Shown: one piece after another, positions 46,900 to 56,436 of the stretch
Position numbering within the stretch: the first letter of the stretch is position 1
Layout: the number at the start of each line of letters is the position of its first letter
Sequence record: NC_022096.1
Strand: one strand, 5' to 3'
DNA: 64,000 bases
Position numbers and translations under genes: made by a program
The notes under the pieces: generated by a model
Told to the model about the DNA's origin: nothing
The model's input: only the letters and a program-made list of their open reading frames with translations
Databases searched by the model: none

Positions 46900-47778
46900 T
46901 CAGGACTGCTGGGCCACACCGTAAACGATGTCGTCGATCACGTCGCTGAGGTACTGGCCAGGTTGCAGTACCACATGCACGCAGCCCTGTTGCTTGGCAC
47001 ACGACTCCAGGAACTTGTCCCAGTTGGTGTACATCAAATCGAGGAAGGCTTTCGGGCTACCGCGGTTCAGATAGCGCAGCATGTAGTCATCCTTCTGATC
47101 TGCGGTCGGGTAGACCAGGATGAAGTCGAAGCCTTGTTCTTCCAGCTCGTCGCGCACCTCGAAATGGCTGGACACCAGAGTCACATCGTTCTTGGGTGCA
47201 ATCTCCCGAATGTGGGCAATGTAGTTGTTCGGGAAGTCATCCTTCGGGAACTGCGACGAATCACTGTCGGAACAGACCAGGCCCTTCAGGTGACACAGTG
47301 CAGACTTGCCAATGCCAGGAAAGCCGCTGATGATCACCGGGCCTTTTCCAGCAGCAGTAGCAGCCAGCCGGCGGATGCGACGCTTGCCAGAAGTGAGCTG
47401 ATTGCTGCGGCCGCCAGCACTTGCAGCAGCCTCTTCGGAGTCTTCGGAGTCTTCGTCCTCTTCTTCGCCTTCATCGGATTCGTCTCCGGAATCGGCGTCT
47501 TCGTCAGAGTCATCCTCTTCTTCCTCTTCCTCGCTGTCATCGCCGCCGCCGAGGTCTTCATCTTCCTCTTCGGCATCACCGTCGGCTTTGGGCTTCTCTT
47601 TTTCCTTGACCTTTTTCTTGGCCAGTTCGAGTTCCTCAGCCTTGCGGTTCTTTTCGATCTGCTCCAGTTCTTCGTCACTGGGTAGCAGTTGTTGGGCGCC
47701 ACGACCAGCAGTTTGATCGACAGTGCCGTACATGTTGGAATTGGCCTCGGCGGAACTGAGCGGTACGTTGATCTTCAT
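46900..47778 (-). CDS. acidic disordered N-terminus fused to a P-loop nucleotide-kinase-like domain
   Basis: IISGFPGIGKS, DSDSS, LVSSH, VYP..DYM.RY..RG in the C-terminal half. Confidence 0.8.
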   Translation of the reverse strand: MKINVPLSSAEANSNMYGTVDQTAGRGAQQLLPSDEELEQIEKNRKAEELELAKKKVKEKEKPKADGDAEEEDEDLGGGDDSEEEEEEDDSDEDADSGDESDEGEEEDEDSEDSEEAAASAGGRSNQLTSGKRRIRRLAATAAGKGPVIISGFPGIGKSALCHLKGLVCSDSDSSQFPKDDFPNNYIAHIREIAPKNDVTLVSSHFEVRDELEEQGFDFILVYPTADQKDDYMLRYLNRGSPKAFLDLMYTNWDKFLESCAKQQGCVHVVLQPGQYLSDVIDDIVYGVAQQS

Positions 47779-47786
47779 TGGAACTC

Positions 47787-48836
47787 CTACGCGCGTGCGA
47801 TGATTTCGGGTTTGACCTCATCAGGCATCCGCGCTATCAACTTGTCGCGGGCCTCGTCGGTGTATTTGATTTCCTTGAGCAGCTTCTTGAGTTCGATGTC
47901 CAGGCCAGGCTTGAAGCAGATGCCGAGCAGCGGGCATTCGTCGTAGAAGTTGATTTCGTCCTCGTACTGAGCCAAGCAACTGCACGGCTTGGCTTTGATC
48001 GCGGCTTTTGGATCACGGGAGAAGAACGACTGCACGCCAGCGCGGAATTTCTTCTTCTCGTCCTTGATGACCTGGGCGATGCGGCGATCCCAAGTTGGCG
48101 ACCAGTGCTCGGCGTACTCGAAGAACTCGAATGGGTTGTCGCGGCTCAGGTACAACAGGCTGAACCCTTTGACGTCCATCTTGTACTTCTTCTTGAGGAC
48201 ATAGCAGTACGTCGGAATCTGCTTAAGGTGAGCCTTGTGCGGCAGATGCCCTTTCTTGTTTATCTGGAACTTGGTTGTGGTCTTGTAGTCAGCCACCCAC
48301 CAGCCGCCGCCATCGAGTTTGACGATGGCATCGATGTGGCCCTTAAGGCCTTTGTACTTGATGCACTTCTCGACGTATTCCATCGGGTGAGAGCACTTCG
48401 GGCATTTGTTGTTCACCGTGTTCTTACGGGTCAACTTACCTTTGCGCCAGCACACGCCGTTTTCGTCGAACAGGTCCTGCGCGTCGTGCCGCTTCTGGCA
48501 GGTCGGGTTCTTGCACTTCCAGTCACCCCACACCTTGCCGCTTTGGCCGATGTAATACTGGATGTTCTCATGCGCGGCCGTCCCGACTGAGGTGAAGTAG
48601 CCGCCACTAGTGGACATACGCCCCTCGAAGTAACCCAGGTGAGCACCCTTCGCAAGACGGAGCATCGTGAGAATCGAGCAGGTCGGGAACGAACTGGGTC
48701 GATATTCCGGACCGCGCCCATAGCTAACAGTGACCGACTCATCCATTGTCTTCTGGTACAGACGGCCGAACATCGAGGCAATCGTACCCTTTGGCTGGAG
48801 GTCGAATGCCTTTTTAGGTTTTAGGTTTGCGAACAT
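47787..48836 (-). CDS. Cas4-like PD-(D/E)xK exonuclease
   Basis: RPSSFPTC, GTAAHE, GHIDA..ADYKT, Q..TY, C-terminal Cys cluster; inserted zinc ribbon. Confidence 0.8.
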   Translation of the reverse strand: MFANLKPKKAFDLQPKGTIASMFGRLYQKTMDESVTVSYGRGPEYRPSSFPTCSILTMLRLAKGAHLGYFEGRMSTSGGYFTSVGTAAHENIQYYIGQSGKVWGDWKCKNPTCQKRHDAQDLFDENGVCWRKGKLTRKNTVNNKCPKCSHPMEYVEKCIKYKGLKGHIDAIVKLDGGGWWVADYKTTTKFQINKKGHLPHKAHLKQIPTYCYVLKKKYKMDVKGFSLLYLSRDNPFEFFEYAEHWSPTWDRRIAQVIKDEKKKFRAGVQSFFSRDPKAAIKAKPCSCLAQYEDEINFYDECPLLGICFKPGLDIELKKLLKEIKYTDEARDKLIARMPDEVKPEIIARA

Positions 48837-48892
48837 TTGCCTCTGCCTTATCTGTAAACAGAGAGAAATTAGACGAATTGCTGGCGATTCAC

Positions 48893-49954
48893 ATGGCAAA
48901 CAAATCAATCACGAAAGCGCGCAGCCCGCTTGCTACCAAAGGTGACAAGAACAAGGTCGTGGAAAAAGACCCGGGCATCATTGTCGATGACCTGACTCAC
49001 GTCCTTGAAGAGTTGCAGGAGTACGGAGGCCGCACGAAGCAGATGGGCTCTAACGTCCATGTGCTCTGTCCATTCCACGGCGAGAAGACGCCGTCATGTT
49101 CAATCAACCTGAGTCGCGAGGCTGACGTTCCGATCGGTGCGTTCTTCTGCTTCGGTTGCGGTGAGAAAGGCGCCTGGAACAAGTTTGCCAACCAGACTGG
49201 GTTGAAGAAGCTCAAGAAGTGGCAGCAGTTTGAATCAAACACCGACGGCGGAAAGCTGCGATTCTCGAAGCGGCAGATCGAGTTGATGGGCGCGAACAAC
49301 ATGTCCATCCAACGGTTGTTCGATGAGGTCGGTAACGCTGTAATCCCGTGGCCGCCTGAGCGTAAATGGCGTTCGTACTCAGGGAAGTTGATCAGCCGCA
49401 TCGGTGGGTATTGCTACAACGACGACCATCGCGATGAGCTGATGTTGGTGTTTCCTGTTTACACTAACGGCAGGTACCGTGGCGGTGTTCGGGCCTTCTT
49501 TGAGAAGCAAGACAATGGCTTGTCGTACCTGACGACCAAAGGCGACTGGGTAAAGTCGTACGGGCTGCTTGGGTACGACTACATGATGAAGAAGGACCTG
49601 TGGGGTTGCAAGAGCATCGTCCTTGTTGAAGGTCCGCGTGACTGGTTGCGCCTTGTGAAGAACAAGATTCCGTCTTGCGGTATTCTCGGTTCCAACATGT
49701 TTGACGCGAAGAAGTTGCAACTCCTCGTGGCGTTGGGAATCAAGAAAATCTTCGTCATGCCGGATAACGACAGAGCAGGCAAAAAGATGGCGAATCTGGT
49801 GAAAGGGTTCGCCAAGGAATTTGGCATAGACTGCGAGTATCTGAAACTGCCTCGTCCGATCAACGAGAAAGGCGAAGTGGTAAAACTCGACCCAGACAAC
49901 TGCGACCAGAAGATCATCGACAAGGTGAAAGAGCTGGTGTACGCGGTACGGTGA
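48893..49954 (+). CDS. dnaG: DNA primase (DnaG-like)
   Basis: CPFHGEKTPSC..FCFGC zinc finger; TOPRIM VEGPRD and PDNDRAG. Confidence 0.9.
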   Translation: MANKSITKARSPLATKGDKNKVVEKDPGIIVDDLTHVLEELQEYGGRTKQMGSNVHVLCPFHGEKTPSCSINLSREADVPIGAFFCFGCGEKGAWNKFANQTGLKKLKKWQQFESNTDGGKLRFSKRQIELMGANNMSIQRLFDEVGNAVIPWPPERKWRSYSGKLISRIGGYCYNDDHRDELMLVFPVYTNGRYRGGVRAFFEKQDNGLSYLTTKGDWVKSYGLLGYDYMMKKDLWGCKSIVLVEGPRDWLRLVKNKIPSCGILGSNMFDAKKLQLLVALGIKKIFVMPDNDRAGKKMANLVKGFAKEFGIDCEYLKLPRPINEKGEVVKLDPDNCDQKIIDKVKELVYAVR

Positions 49955-50229
49955 CGAAAGTGATTGAGCTAGTAGGCGTAGAGCAGTTGCACATTGGAAA
50001 GTTGACACCTGCGGAGATTAAGCGTGACTACCACCGTTACCTGATCGAGGACGTGTCGTCGCTGTTCTACGAATACCGCAATCGCCAAGTCGCACGCGAC
50101 GAAGTGCAAGAGATTAGACGACGAGTGGAGTTTCTTGAGGAAGCGTACCACAGCATCAACGGCAGGACATTCGGAATCATGTTCAACACGCATGACGGAT
50201 ACTTGGATATGTTGCTGTACCCACTGTAA
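49951..50229 (+). CDS. hypothetical protein
   Basis: GTGA coupling to primase; followed by a terminator. Confidence 0.65.
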   Translation: MTKVIELVGVEQLHIGKLTPAEIKRDYHRYLIEDVSSLFYEYRNRQVARDEVQEIRRRVEFLEEAYHSINGRTFGIMFNTHDGYLDMLLYPL

Positions 50230-50234
50230 TACTG

Positions 50235-50257
50235 GGGAGTCTTCGGACTCCCTTTTT
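50235..50257 (+). terminator. intrinsic terminator
   Basis: GGGAGTC-TTCG-GACTCCC-TTTTT. Confidence 0.85.
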
Positions 50258-50297
50258 ATGGCCTGCGGAAAGTCCACAAACTATTCGGTGGAGACCT

Positions 50298-50328
50298 AAA
50301 AAAGGGAGAGCACATGCTCTCCCTTTTT
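50298..50328. terminator. bidirectional intrinsic terminator
   Basis: A6-GGGAGAGC-ACAT-GCTCTCCC-T5 between convergent genes. Confidence 0.85.
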
Positions 50329-50346
50329 GTTTGGCGCTGGATGGGA

Positions 50347-50988
50347 TTACTGGCCTTCGGGGCGAGTTTCTTCTTCCAGCTTCATTTCTTCCAGCTGCTC
50401 GGCAGCGTAGGTCTTGATTTCGGCATTGCCGGCGTGCTTGCTGATGTACTCCAGATCAGCCAGAGTCAGCGTGTGCAGCTTGCCGTCGATTTCGCTGATC
50501 AGGTCAGCGGCATCTTCATCGCCTTTCGAACGGCCGACGATGTTCTCGACGAACGGGTTCTCGCTGCCGGCGCCCAGCTTCTCGCTCAGGCTGCGAGCGT
50601 GCGAGTCGTCGATGTTGGCTTCGGCGCCCAGGATCGGATCGTTGCCTTCTTCGATGACCTCGTAGATACGCTTGGTCTCGGAGATACCGCGCGGATCGGT
50701 CTCGATGAACTTCTGGGCTTGATCCGGATCGACCAGCTTGAACAGACCCTTGGCCACCAGGCGGCGGAAGGTCGGGTCGCGCAGGACGGAGGTCTTCTCG
50801 GCGAAGTTGGCGAGGTCGACCGGTGCGCTGGTGACGGGCACAGTGATGACCTGGCGCTGACCGGCGCTGTCGGTGATGTTGAAGTTGACGTTGGCGCTCG
50901 GATTGCTGCGATTCAGCACGAACAGTCGGCTGTCTTCGGATACTTCGGCGTCACGGATGGAAATGAGAGTGAACTTAACCTTGGCCAC
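50347..50988 (-). CDS. hypothetical protein
   Basis: GTG start (MAKVKF) after AGGA SD; strong codon bias suggests high expression. Confidence 0.7.
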   Translation of the reverse strand: MAKVKFTLISIRDAEVSEDSRLFVLNRSNPSANVNFNITDSAGQRQVITVPVTSAPVDLANFAEKTSVLRDPTFRRLVAKGLFKLVDPDQAQKFIETDPRGISETKRIYEVIEEGNDPILGAEANIDDSHARSLSEKLGAGSENPFVENIVGRSKGDEDAADLISEIDGKLHTLTLADLEYISKHAGNAEIKTYAAEQLEEMKLEEETRPEGQ

Positions 50989-51532
50989 GATGAGAGGTCC
51001 TCGTTTTGGTGAAAGCATCGACCACTGTCTCCAACTCCTTTGGCGTCCACCTGAACAGCAGATGAATGGCGAAGCGATTGAAGTCTGGGACGATTCGGTT
51101 TGCGTACTCAGGGTTGAGCACAAATGGGAGCATCCAGACTTGAATGTCCAAATGCTTTATACGGAACAGCTTACTGCGGAAGGACTTCTTCAACAACTGC
51201 TTGGCTTCGCTCGGAAGCTGCCGCATCATGTGAGAGTTTAGTCCATGCTCAGGCCGCTCGTTATTCTGAACGTGCCGAACAACTTGGTTGAGCGCAAGCA
51301 CTGCCTGCACTCGACTTACTGCTCGCTTCCGTATGGAAGCGACTTCCCGTTGGCTGTGGTTCGGGAACTTAAAGATCACCAGCTCGGCGTCGCTCATGCT
51401 CTTGTCATTTGCGGCAAAGCTGGTGTCCATACTCAGGCAACGACTCGGTGTCTTCTCGTTGTACATCTTGCACGTGGCGATTCGACACTGGGTCTTGAAG
51501 CGGTATGCGTCGTGAAGTGGGCATTGTTTCAT
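50975..51532 (-). CDS. hypothetical Cys-containing protein
   Basis: 185 aa; CTGTAAA motif at 51572-51578. Confidence 0.7.
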   Translation of the reverse strand: MKQCPLHDAYRFKTQCRIATCKMYNEKTPSRCLSMDTSFAANDKSMSDAELVIFKFPNHSQREVASIRKRAVSRVQAVLALNQVVRHVQNNERPEHGLNSHMMRQLPSEAKQLLKKSFRSKLFRIKHLDIQVWMLPFVLNPEYANRIVPDFNRFAIHLLFRWTPKELETVVDAFTKTRTSHRGQG

Positions 51533-51594
51533 GGCAAATCTCCATAGACACCTTGGTGTCCCTGGGATGCCTTTACAGTTTGCCTACAAACTCC

Positions 51595-52233
51595 TTAGGA
51601 CTTCCGCCGGCGCTTCTTGGTCTTTTTCTGCTTGGGTAAATGCGCAGGCAGAAAGTTGATCGGAGGTGCAGAGGACAATGCCTTGAGTAGTTTCGCCTCT
51701 TTCTCGCGTGTATCGATGAAGGAGAAAGGACGCACACCCAGCAGCTTGCAGCCGACGTAGATGCCGAGCAACATCGAATCCAGTTGGTGGATGGCGATCT
51801 TGGTCAGCTTCTCTTTACGCAGGTCAGCAAGGTCAAGGTACATTTCCTTCAGGTCGGCGTATCGATTGAACTCGTTCTTCCACACACCTGCCGTGATGAA
51901 GTCGGCGTTCTTGATGTGGTTAGACTGCTGAGCCATGCAGCCCAACATGCAGTTCACGGACTCAATCGTTGGACCTTTACCGCCACGAGCTTGGAAGCGC
52001 TCTGCTACAAACGCATCCAGATTCTCAACCTCGAACAACGGTTGGACGTAATCGCGGAACGTATTCAACGAACTCCGCATGGTCTTCATATCTTTCAGCA
52101 GACGCTGCGGATCAAGCATCGTCGTGCCTTCGCACTTGAACTGGAATCGGTTGTTTGCCCATCGCAAGCGCATGATCGACACTGCGAAATTGGATGTTCC
52201 TGGGTCCATTGCGAGAATGCGCAGATCAGTCAT
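51595..52233 (-). CDS. ruvC: RuvC-like Holliday junction resolvase
   Basis: ILAMDPGTSNFAVS, FVAERFQ, HQLDSML; AGGAG SD. Confidence 0.85.
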   Translation of the reverse strand: MTDLRILAMDPGTSNFAVSIMRLRWANNRFQFKCEGTTMLDPQRLLKDMKTMRSSLNTFRDYVQPLFEVENLDAFVAERFQARGGKGPTIESVNCMLGCMAQQSNHIKNADFITAGVWKNEFNRYADLKEMYLDLADLRKEKLTKIAIHQLDSMLLGIYVGCKLLGVRPFSFIDTREKEAKLLKALSSAPPINFLPAHLPKQKKTKKRRRKS

Positions 52234-52324
52234 TGCATCACTCCTTCGAATATGAGGGCAAATAACTATCTCATGGTTCGCAGCTCGGTCGTGTAATTTA
52301 CTCACAGATTCGGAGGAACAACCA

Positions 52325-53446
52325 ATGGCAATCAAACGAGGCACGAACACGATCCGCCGCGAACACGCTCGGAACTACACGCACGTTCAGGCGCAAAAGA
52401 GGCTGGATGAGGCAGTGGCTCCGTTCAATCGGCAGGTCGAAAACTCGCTGGCTGTGGATGCAGTAGAAATCGACTACTACCACATTCAACAGAAGACAGG
52501 CATCCCGTGCACCTGCGAGAAGGTGGCACTTGAGCCGCTGATCGACGACCTGGAAGAAACCAACATCCCGCCGATCATCCCAACGGCAGACGATGACAAC
52601 ACAGGCATCAAGGTCAAGTTTCAGGACGACGAAATCTTCGGTGACAGCATCGCCGAGAAAATCTTCAACGACGGGCCTGATACCATTATCGATGTCACAG
52701 GAGACAGCGGCCGTTCGACGTTCCAAGAACTCAAGGCCATGGGTGAGGACAACTTCGCCGATGGGCTACTCGGCGGAGGAAGTGTCGATTGTGGCGTGTG
52801 TTACCGTACAGGCTTCCAACCGCCGTACAAAGCATACGGCAAGCAGCGTTTCATCTTCACCAATTATCAGATCGAAGGTGCTAGTGGGTACCGAGTAAAC
52901 ACCACAAAGCAACCTCACACAATCGAGCGGCATTCGCCGAGCACGCCAGGCTACGTCATGTTCAAGACGCTGGTGCCGAAGTATTTCGTGTCGTTGACCT
53001 ACAGCATCCGAGATAACCTCGTGTATCTGGTCAGCGACAAACTGTTCCGTACCGACGGCGAGCCGTTGCGTGCAGAAGACGTGCGGTCGTTTGCCGGACG
53101 TGAAATGGAGTTCTTGGTCAAGGCTGAGTGCTTCACGCACATTGTCCTTGAGTTTGAACTCGACGTACCAAAGCTGCTGGCGAATATCAGCGGGGAAGTT
53201 GCGGCCCTTGACTACGAGCGGCTGGTGACCATCGGAGACATCAACGTCATCCTACCGCCGTCACTCGCCGAAGTCGAGAACGGGGACATTCTCATAATCA
53301 AGAAACGCAACCTGGCATTGAAGGTGCGCGATAAGGACCGCAAGATCACGGCAGACAAACGTCGGCTGGAGTGGAGCGTTTCTACTCGCGTGCTGCAACC
53401 AACAGAGGCACTGCGCAACATTGCCGCAGGCTTCAAGCTCTACTGA
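52325..53446 (+). CDS. probable virion neck/head-tail protein
   Basis: CTC...CGVCYRTG pattern as in head-tail adaptors; GTAATTTACT motif and GGAGG SD upstream. Confidence 0.55.
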   Translation: MAIKRGTNTIRREHARNYTHVQAQKRLDEAVAPFNRQVENSLAVDAVEIDYYHIQQKTGIPCTCEKVALEPLIDDLEETNIPPIIPTADDDNTGIKVKFQDDEIFGDSIAEKIFNDGPDTIIDVTGDSGRSTFQELKAMGEDNFADGLLGGGSVDCGVCYRTGFQPPYKAYGKQRFIFTNYQIEGASGYRVNTTKQPHTIERHSPSTPGYVMFKTLVPKYFVSLTYSIRDNLVYLVSDKLFRTDGEPLRAEDVRSFAGREMEFLVKAECFTHIVLEFELDVPKLLANISGEVAALDYERLVTIGDINVILPPSLAEVENGDILIIKKRNLALKVRDKDRKITADKRRLEWSVSTRVLQPTEALRNIAAGFKLY

Positions 53447-53454
53447 GGTGATGT

Positions 53455-53706
53455 ATGGGAATCACAGTGATTGTAGTGCGGCAAGACGGACGTAGCGTCG
53501 CATCGTCTCTTGCGACCAACAACACGGTGGTTGTTGAAAATCTTGGAGGCCTGCGCCACGTTGTTCGAGGACGTAGCGTCTCCAAGGTCATACTGGTAGA
53601 CCTGAAACGCAGCGAGCTGAATGGCGAACTGGCAGATACGATTCAGGCCGGCACCAAAACACACGAACTCGAAACTGGGGCTCCTGTCCCGTACCTGGAG
53701 GTTTGA
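53455..53706 (+). CDS. hypothetical protein
   Basis: GAGGTG SD. Confidence 0.7.
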   Translation: MGITVIVVRQDGRSVASSLATNNTVVVENLGGLRHVVRGRSVSKVILVDLKRSELNGELADTIQAGTKTHELETGAPVPYLEV

Positions 53707-53708
53707 CA

Positions 53709-54152
53709 ATGGACCAACGTGACATCAAAATCATGGGCAACATGGTTGCTCTCGCCCGTCGAGGCAAAGGCAAAGGTGCCGGGTCGAAGCGTAGCCTGAT
53801 GCTGCGCACCATTCTGCCGCACCTGTCGAAAGAAACTGGCGACCTGTTGGCGAACGCGATTCAGCAGGGCAACACAGCCAAGTTCAACAACATCTGGAAC
53901 AAGGTACGCGACGAAATCTCCACGAAGATTGCTCACCGTCACGCTGCGCACGCAGGCAACGAGGAGTACGAAGGCCTGGGTATCGCTTTGGCGGGCGAGT
54001 CTGGCTTCTTCAAAGTCTTCGGCGAAGAGTTCGGTCGCATGATGGACGAAATCAACGCCAAGCGTAACGAGGAAATCGCACAGGGCCGTATTCATCCGAA
54101 GGGCAGCCCGCTCTATCGAGCAGAGGATGACCCGATCGCTCACCTGCCGTAA
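53709..54152 (+). CDS. hypothetical protein
   Basis: GGAGGT SD; followed by a terminator. Confidence 0.7.
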   Translation: MDQRDIKIMGNMVALARRGKGKGAGSKRSLMLRTILPHLSKETGDLLANAIQQGNTAKFNNIWNKVRDEISTKIAHRHAAHAGNEEYEGLGIALAGESGFFKVFGEEFGRMMDEINAKRNEEIAQGRIHPKGSPLYRAEDDPIAHLP

Positions 54153-54160
54153 TTCCTGCG

Positions 54161-54197
54161 AAAACCCGAGTAGTGCTCTGTGCCTGCTCGGGTTTTT
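54161..54197 (+). terminator. intrinsic terminator
   Basis: AAAACCCGAGTAG / CTGCTCGGGTTTTT. Confidence 0.8.
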
Positions 54198-54199
54198 CA

Positions 54200-55600
54200 T
54201 TTTGGGCGTCATTGGCGATTTCTGGTACAAGACGCCATTAAGATAGCGCAGACCCAGTGATCTGCGGAAACGTCCTAGAGGATGCGATTCAAGGAAACGC
54301 GCCGCGATGACCCCGTACGCCTGACAAGGCATAACGTAGGTTCGTTTCTTCGCAAAGTGCCCTGCTTTTCCTGTGTCAGTCACACTCGTTCAAACGCCCG
54401 TTTGAAAATATTTTTCGTCGATTGATCACTTTTTGTACAGCATTTTTGTGACCACGGATTTGGTAAAATGGCAGGTCCTACGCAGCGGGGCGCCATCAGG
54501 TTACAACCTTCCGTACGTTTTTCGCAAAGGTGCAAGGTTTGACTACTGATTGCAGTAGCGGACGATTCCGCAAAACACGCATTCTATGCGAAGGACCTAG
54601 TGAAACTTGCGAAGGACCTGCCGTTCTGCGGAAACGCAAAAATCGGAGCACTCGTTTTGACTACTGATTGCAGTAACAGATTCGTGTGGGTAGCATGTGA
54701 CCGAAAAAGGACCCACCTAAAGTCGAGACCTTTTGCACATAGGATTACCACGGGGCGGTCCTACGGCATGGCATTTCCCGTGACCATCGACCTCGCTGGA
54801 GAGCGCGTAGAATCTAGCTTCCAGAGCGGTTGGTGAAAAAATGTCCAACCTGTCCAAAAAATAACCAAAAAGCAGGGAAATCGAAAAAATGGATAGTGTC
54901 AAGTACCACGAAGTTACTTCGCATCTTCTCCTTCCAGTCTCTTCCAGTCAAGCTGACAAGCTCGTCTCGTCCCTCGCCTCCCTCTCGTACAACTTCGTCG
55001 CTCACCAGTGTGGTTAACTCGCATCACAGGATTACTCCAAGCGGAGCGTTAGCGTAGCGCAGGAGAGAATTGAAGAAGGCTTTCGCCGCAGGCGAAACGC
55101 GCAGAGCGCCAGCGATGCGCCTTACGCCTCTGCAATTCCCTGTGCGCAATGGCGACGATTAAAGAGCGCGGATGCTTACTTTGCCTCATTTAGCAGTGAT
55201 GCAACGTAAGCGTCTTCGCTCAAGTATCTGGGTACAAGTCTGCTTCCTTACCTCACGGAGTGAGCAGGTCGCCTGCGAAACGACGTTTTCCGAAATTTTC
55301 TGGATGAACAGGACACACTGGATGGGAGCCTTGGGAGTCTGGGTCGTCGCACATAGACACTTAGGAGTTCGCTGGCGCTCACTCCTTGTGAGCTTCGCTC
55401 ACGGAATTTCTTTAGCCTACGGCAGGAGTCGCTGCGCTCCTCTGGTTCGCTGGCGCTCACGGGTGACGCTCATAGACTACCGGACGTTCAAACGGCGAAG
55501 CGAGCTGGCGCTCAAACGCCAAGAGCATATTCCGCCCCGCCCGCCGCCGGATTCCCGCCGGAAACTGTGAAAATAGTTTGCACGCCACAATAAACGCCGG
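54200..55600. repeat. long non-coding region with several direct-repeat families (origin candidate)
   Basis: 20-mer TTTGACTACTGATTGCAGTA x2; 12-mers TGCGAAGGACCT x2 and TCTGCGGAAACG x2; 16-mer GTTCGCTGGCGCTCAC x2; no credible ORF. Confidence 0.6.
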
Positions 55601-55629
55601 GCGAAAGCCTCGCAATAAGGACATCGAAC

Positions 55630-56436
55630 ATGGGAATCTACCTTCGCGTCACCGATCAGGCGCTGATCGACGCTGTTTCAAACATGAGAGGGAACACCAC
55701 CCTCGTTCAGGACAAGACTCTGCTGGAGCTGTGCAAGGCTGCCAGCCATGTGCATTACGAGAATGGCGAGCCAGTGGGTTTGCTGGTCGATCACACCATG
55801 CGAAAATCGGAGCTGACTGCGCACAGCCTGGAAGGGCTTGTGTTGCGACGTGACGACGTTCCGTGTTTCGGCCGTTTGTGCTCGCTGTACGTTCCGAATC
55901 GCAGGACGATCATCGGAAAAGAGATTGCGTCTATCATGGATGCAATCTCCCAGTCGTCTCGCGTTGCGCGCTACGCTGTTGACTTGGTTGCGCCCAGGAT
56001 CAAATCCAAAATCGCCATCGATGACTTCCAGTTCGACTACCGCGCCCAGGCCCGCGTTCACTTCATCGCCGGCAACCTGTACATCGGCATGGCGGGTGTC
56101 AGCATCGTTAAGCATGTGTATGACGTTGGGCATGGTGTGGAGTTGATCGAACGTGCCGAGTATCGCGCCGCAGTGAAGCAACATCAGGTATCCGCACACA
56201 ACCATCTGTTCAACGAGAACGACAGTCTGGTGCACCGTGCGAAAGCCGCGCTCGACCCATTCCTGCCGCTTGATTTGGCTGTGGTTAGTTCGCTGCTGAC
56301 CGACATCTATCAACGGGTGATCGTCAAACCAAAGGACATCGCCCATTACATTCCGCATGTGTTGCTGGAGCGCGAGCTGATGTATGTCTACGCCTCGCTC
56401 GTTGCGATACTGCATGCCTTCTACGGGGTGGAGTGA
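55630..56436 (+). CDS. hypothetical protein
   Basis: 268-aa ORF with AAGGA SD. Confidence 0.75.
   Translation: MGIYLRVTDQALIDAVSNMRGNTTLVQDKTLLELCKAASHVHYENGEPVGLLVDHTMRKSELTAHSLEGLVLRRDDVPCFGRLCSLYVPNRRTIIGKEIASIMDAISQSSRVARYAVDLVAPRIKSKIAIDDFQFDYRAQARVHFIAGNLYIGMAGVSIVKHVYDVGHGVELIERAEYRAAVKQHQVSAHNHLFNENDSLVHRAKAALDPFLPLDLAVVSSLLTDIYQRVIVKPKDIAHYIPHVLLERELMYVYASLVAILHAFYGVE

Noticed and set aside
54200-55600. CRISPR array or hidden CDS in the long intergenic region
   Set aside because: Repeats occur only two or three times with irregular spacing and no constant spacer length; the ORFs are short, Ser/Arg-rich and lack SDs.
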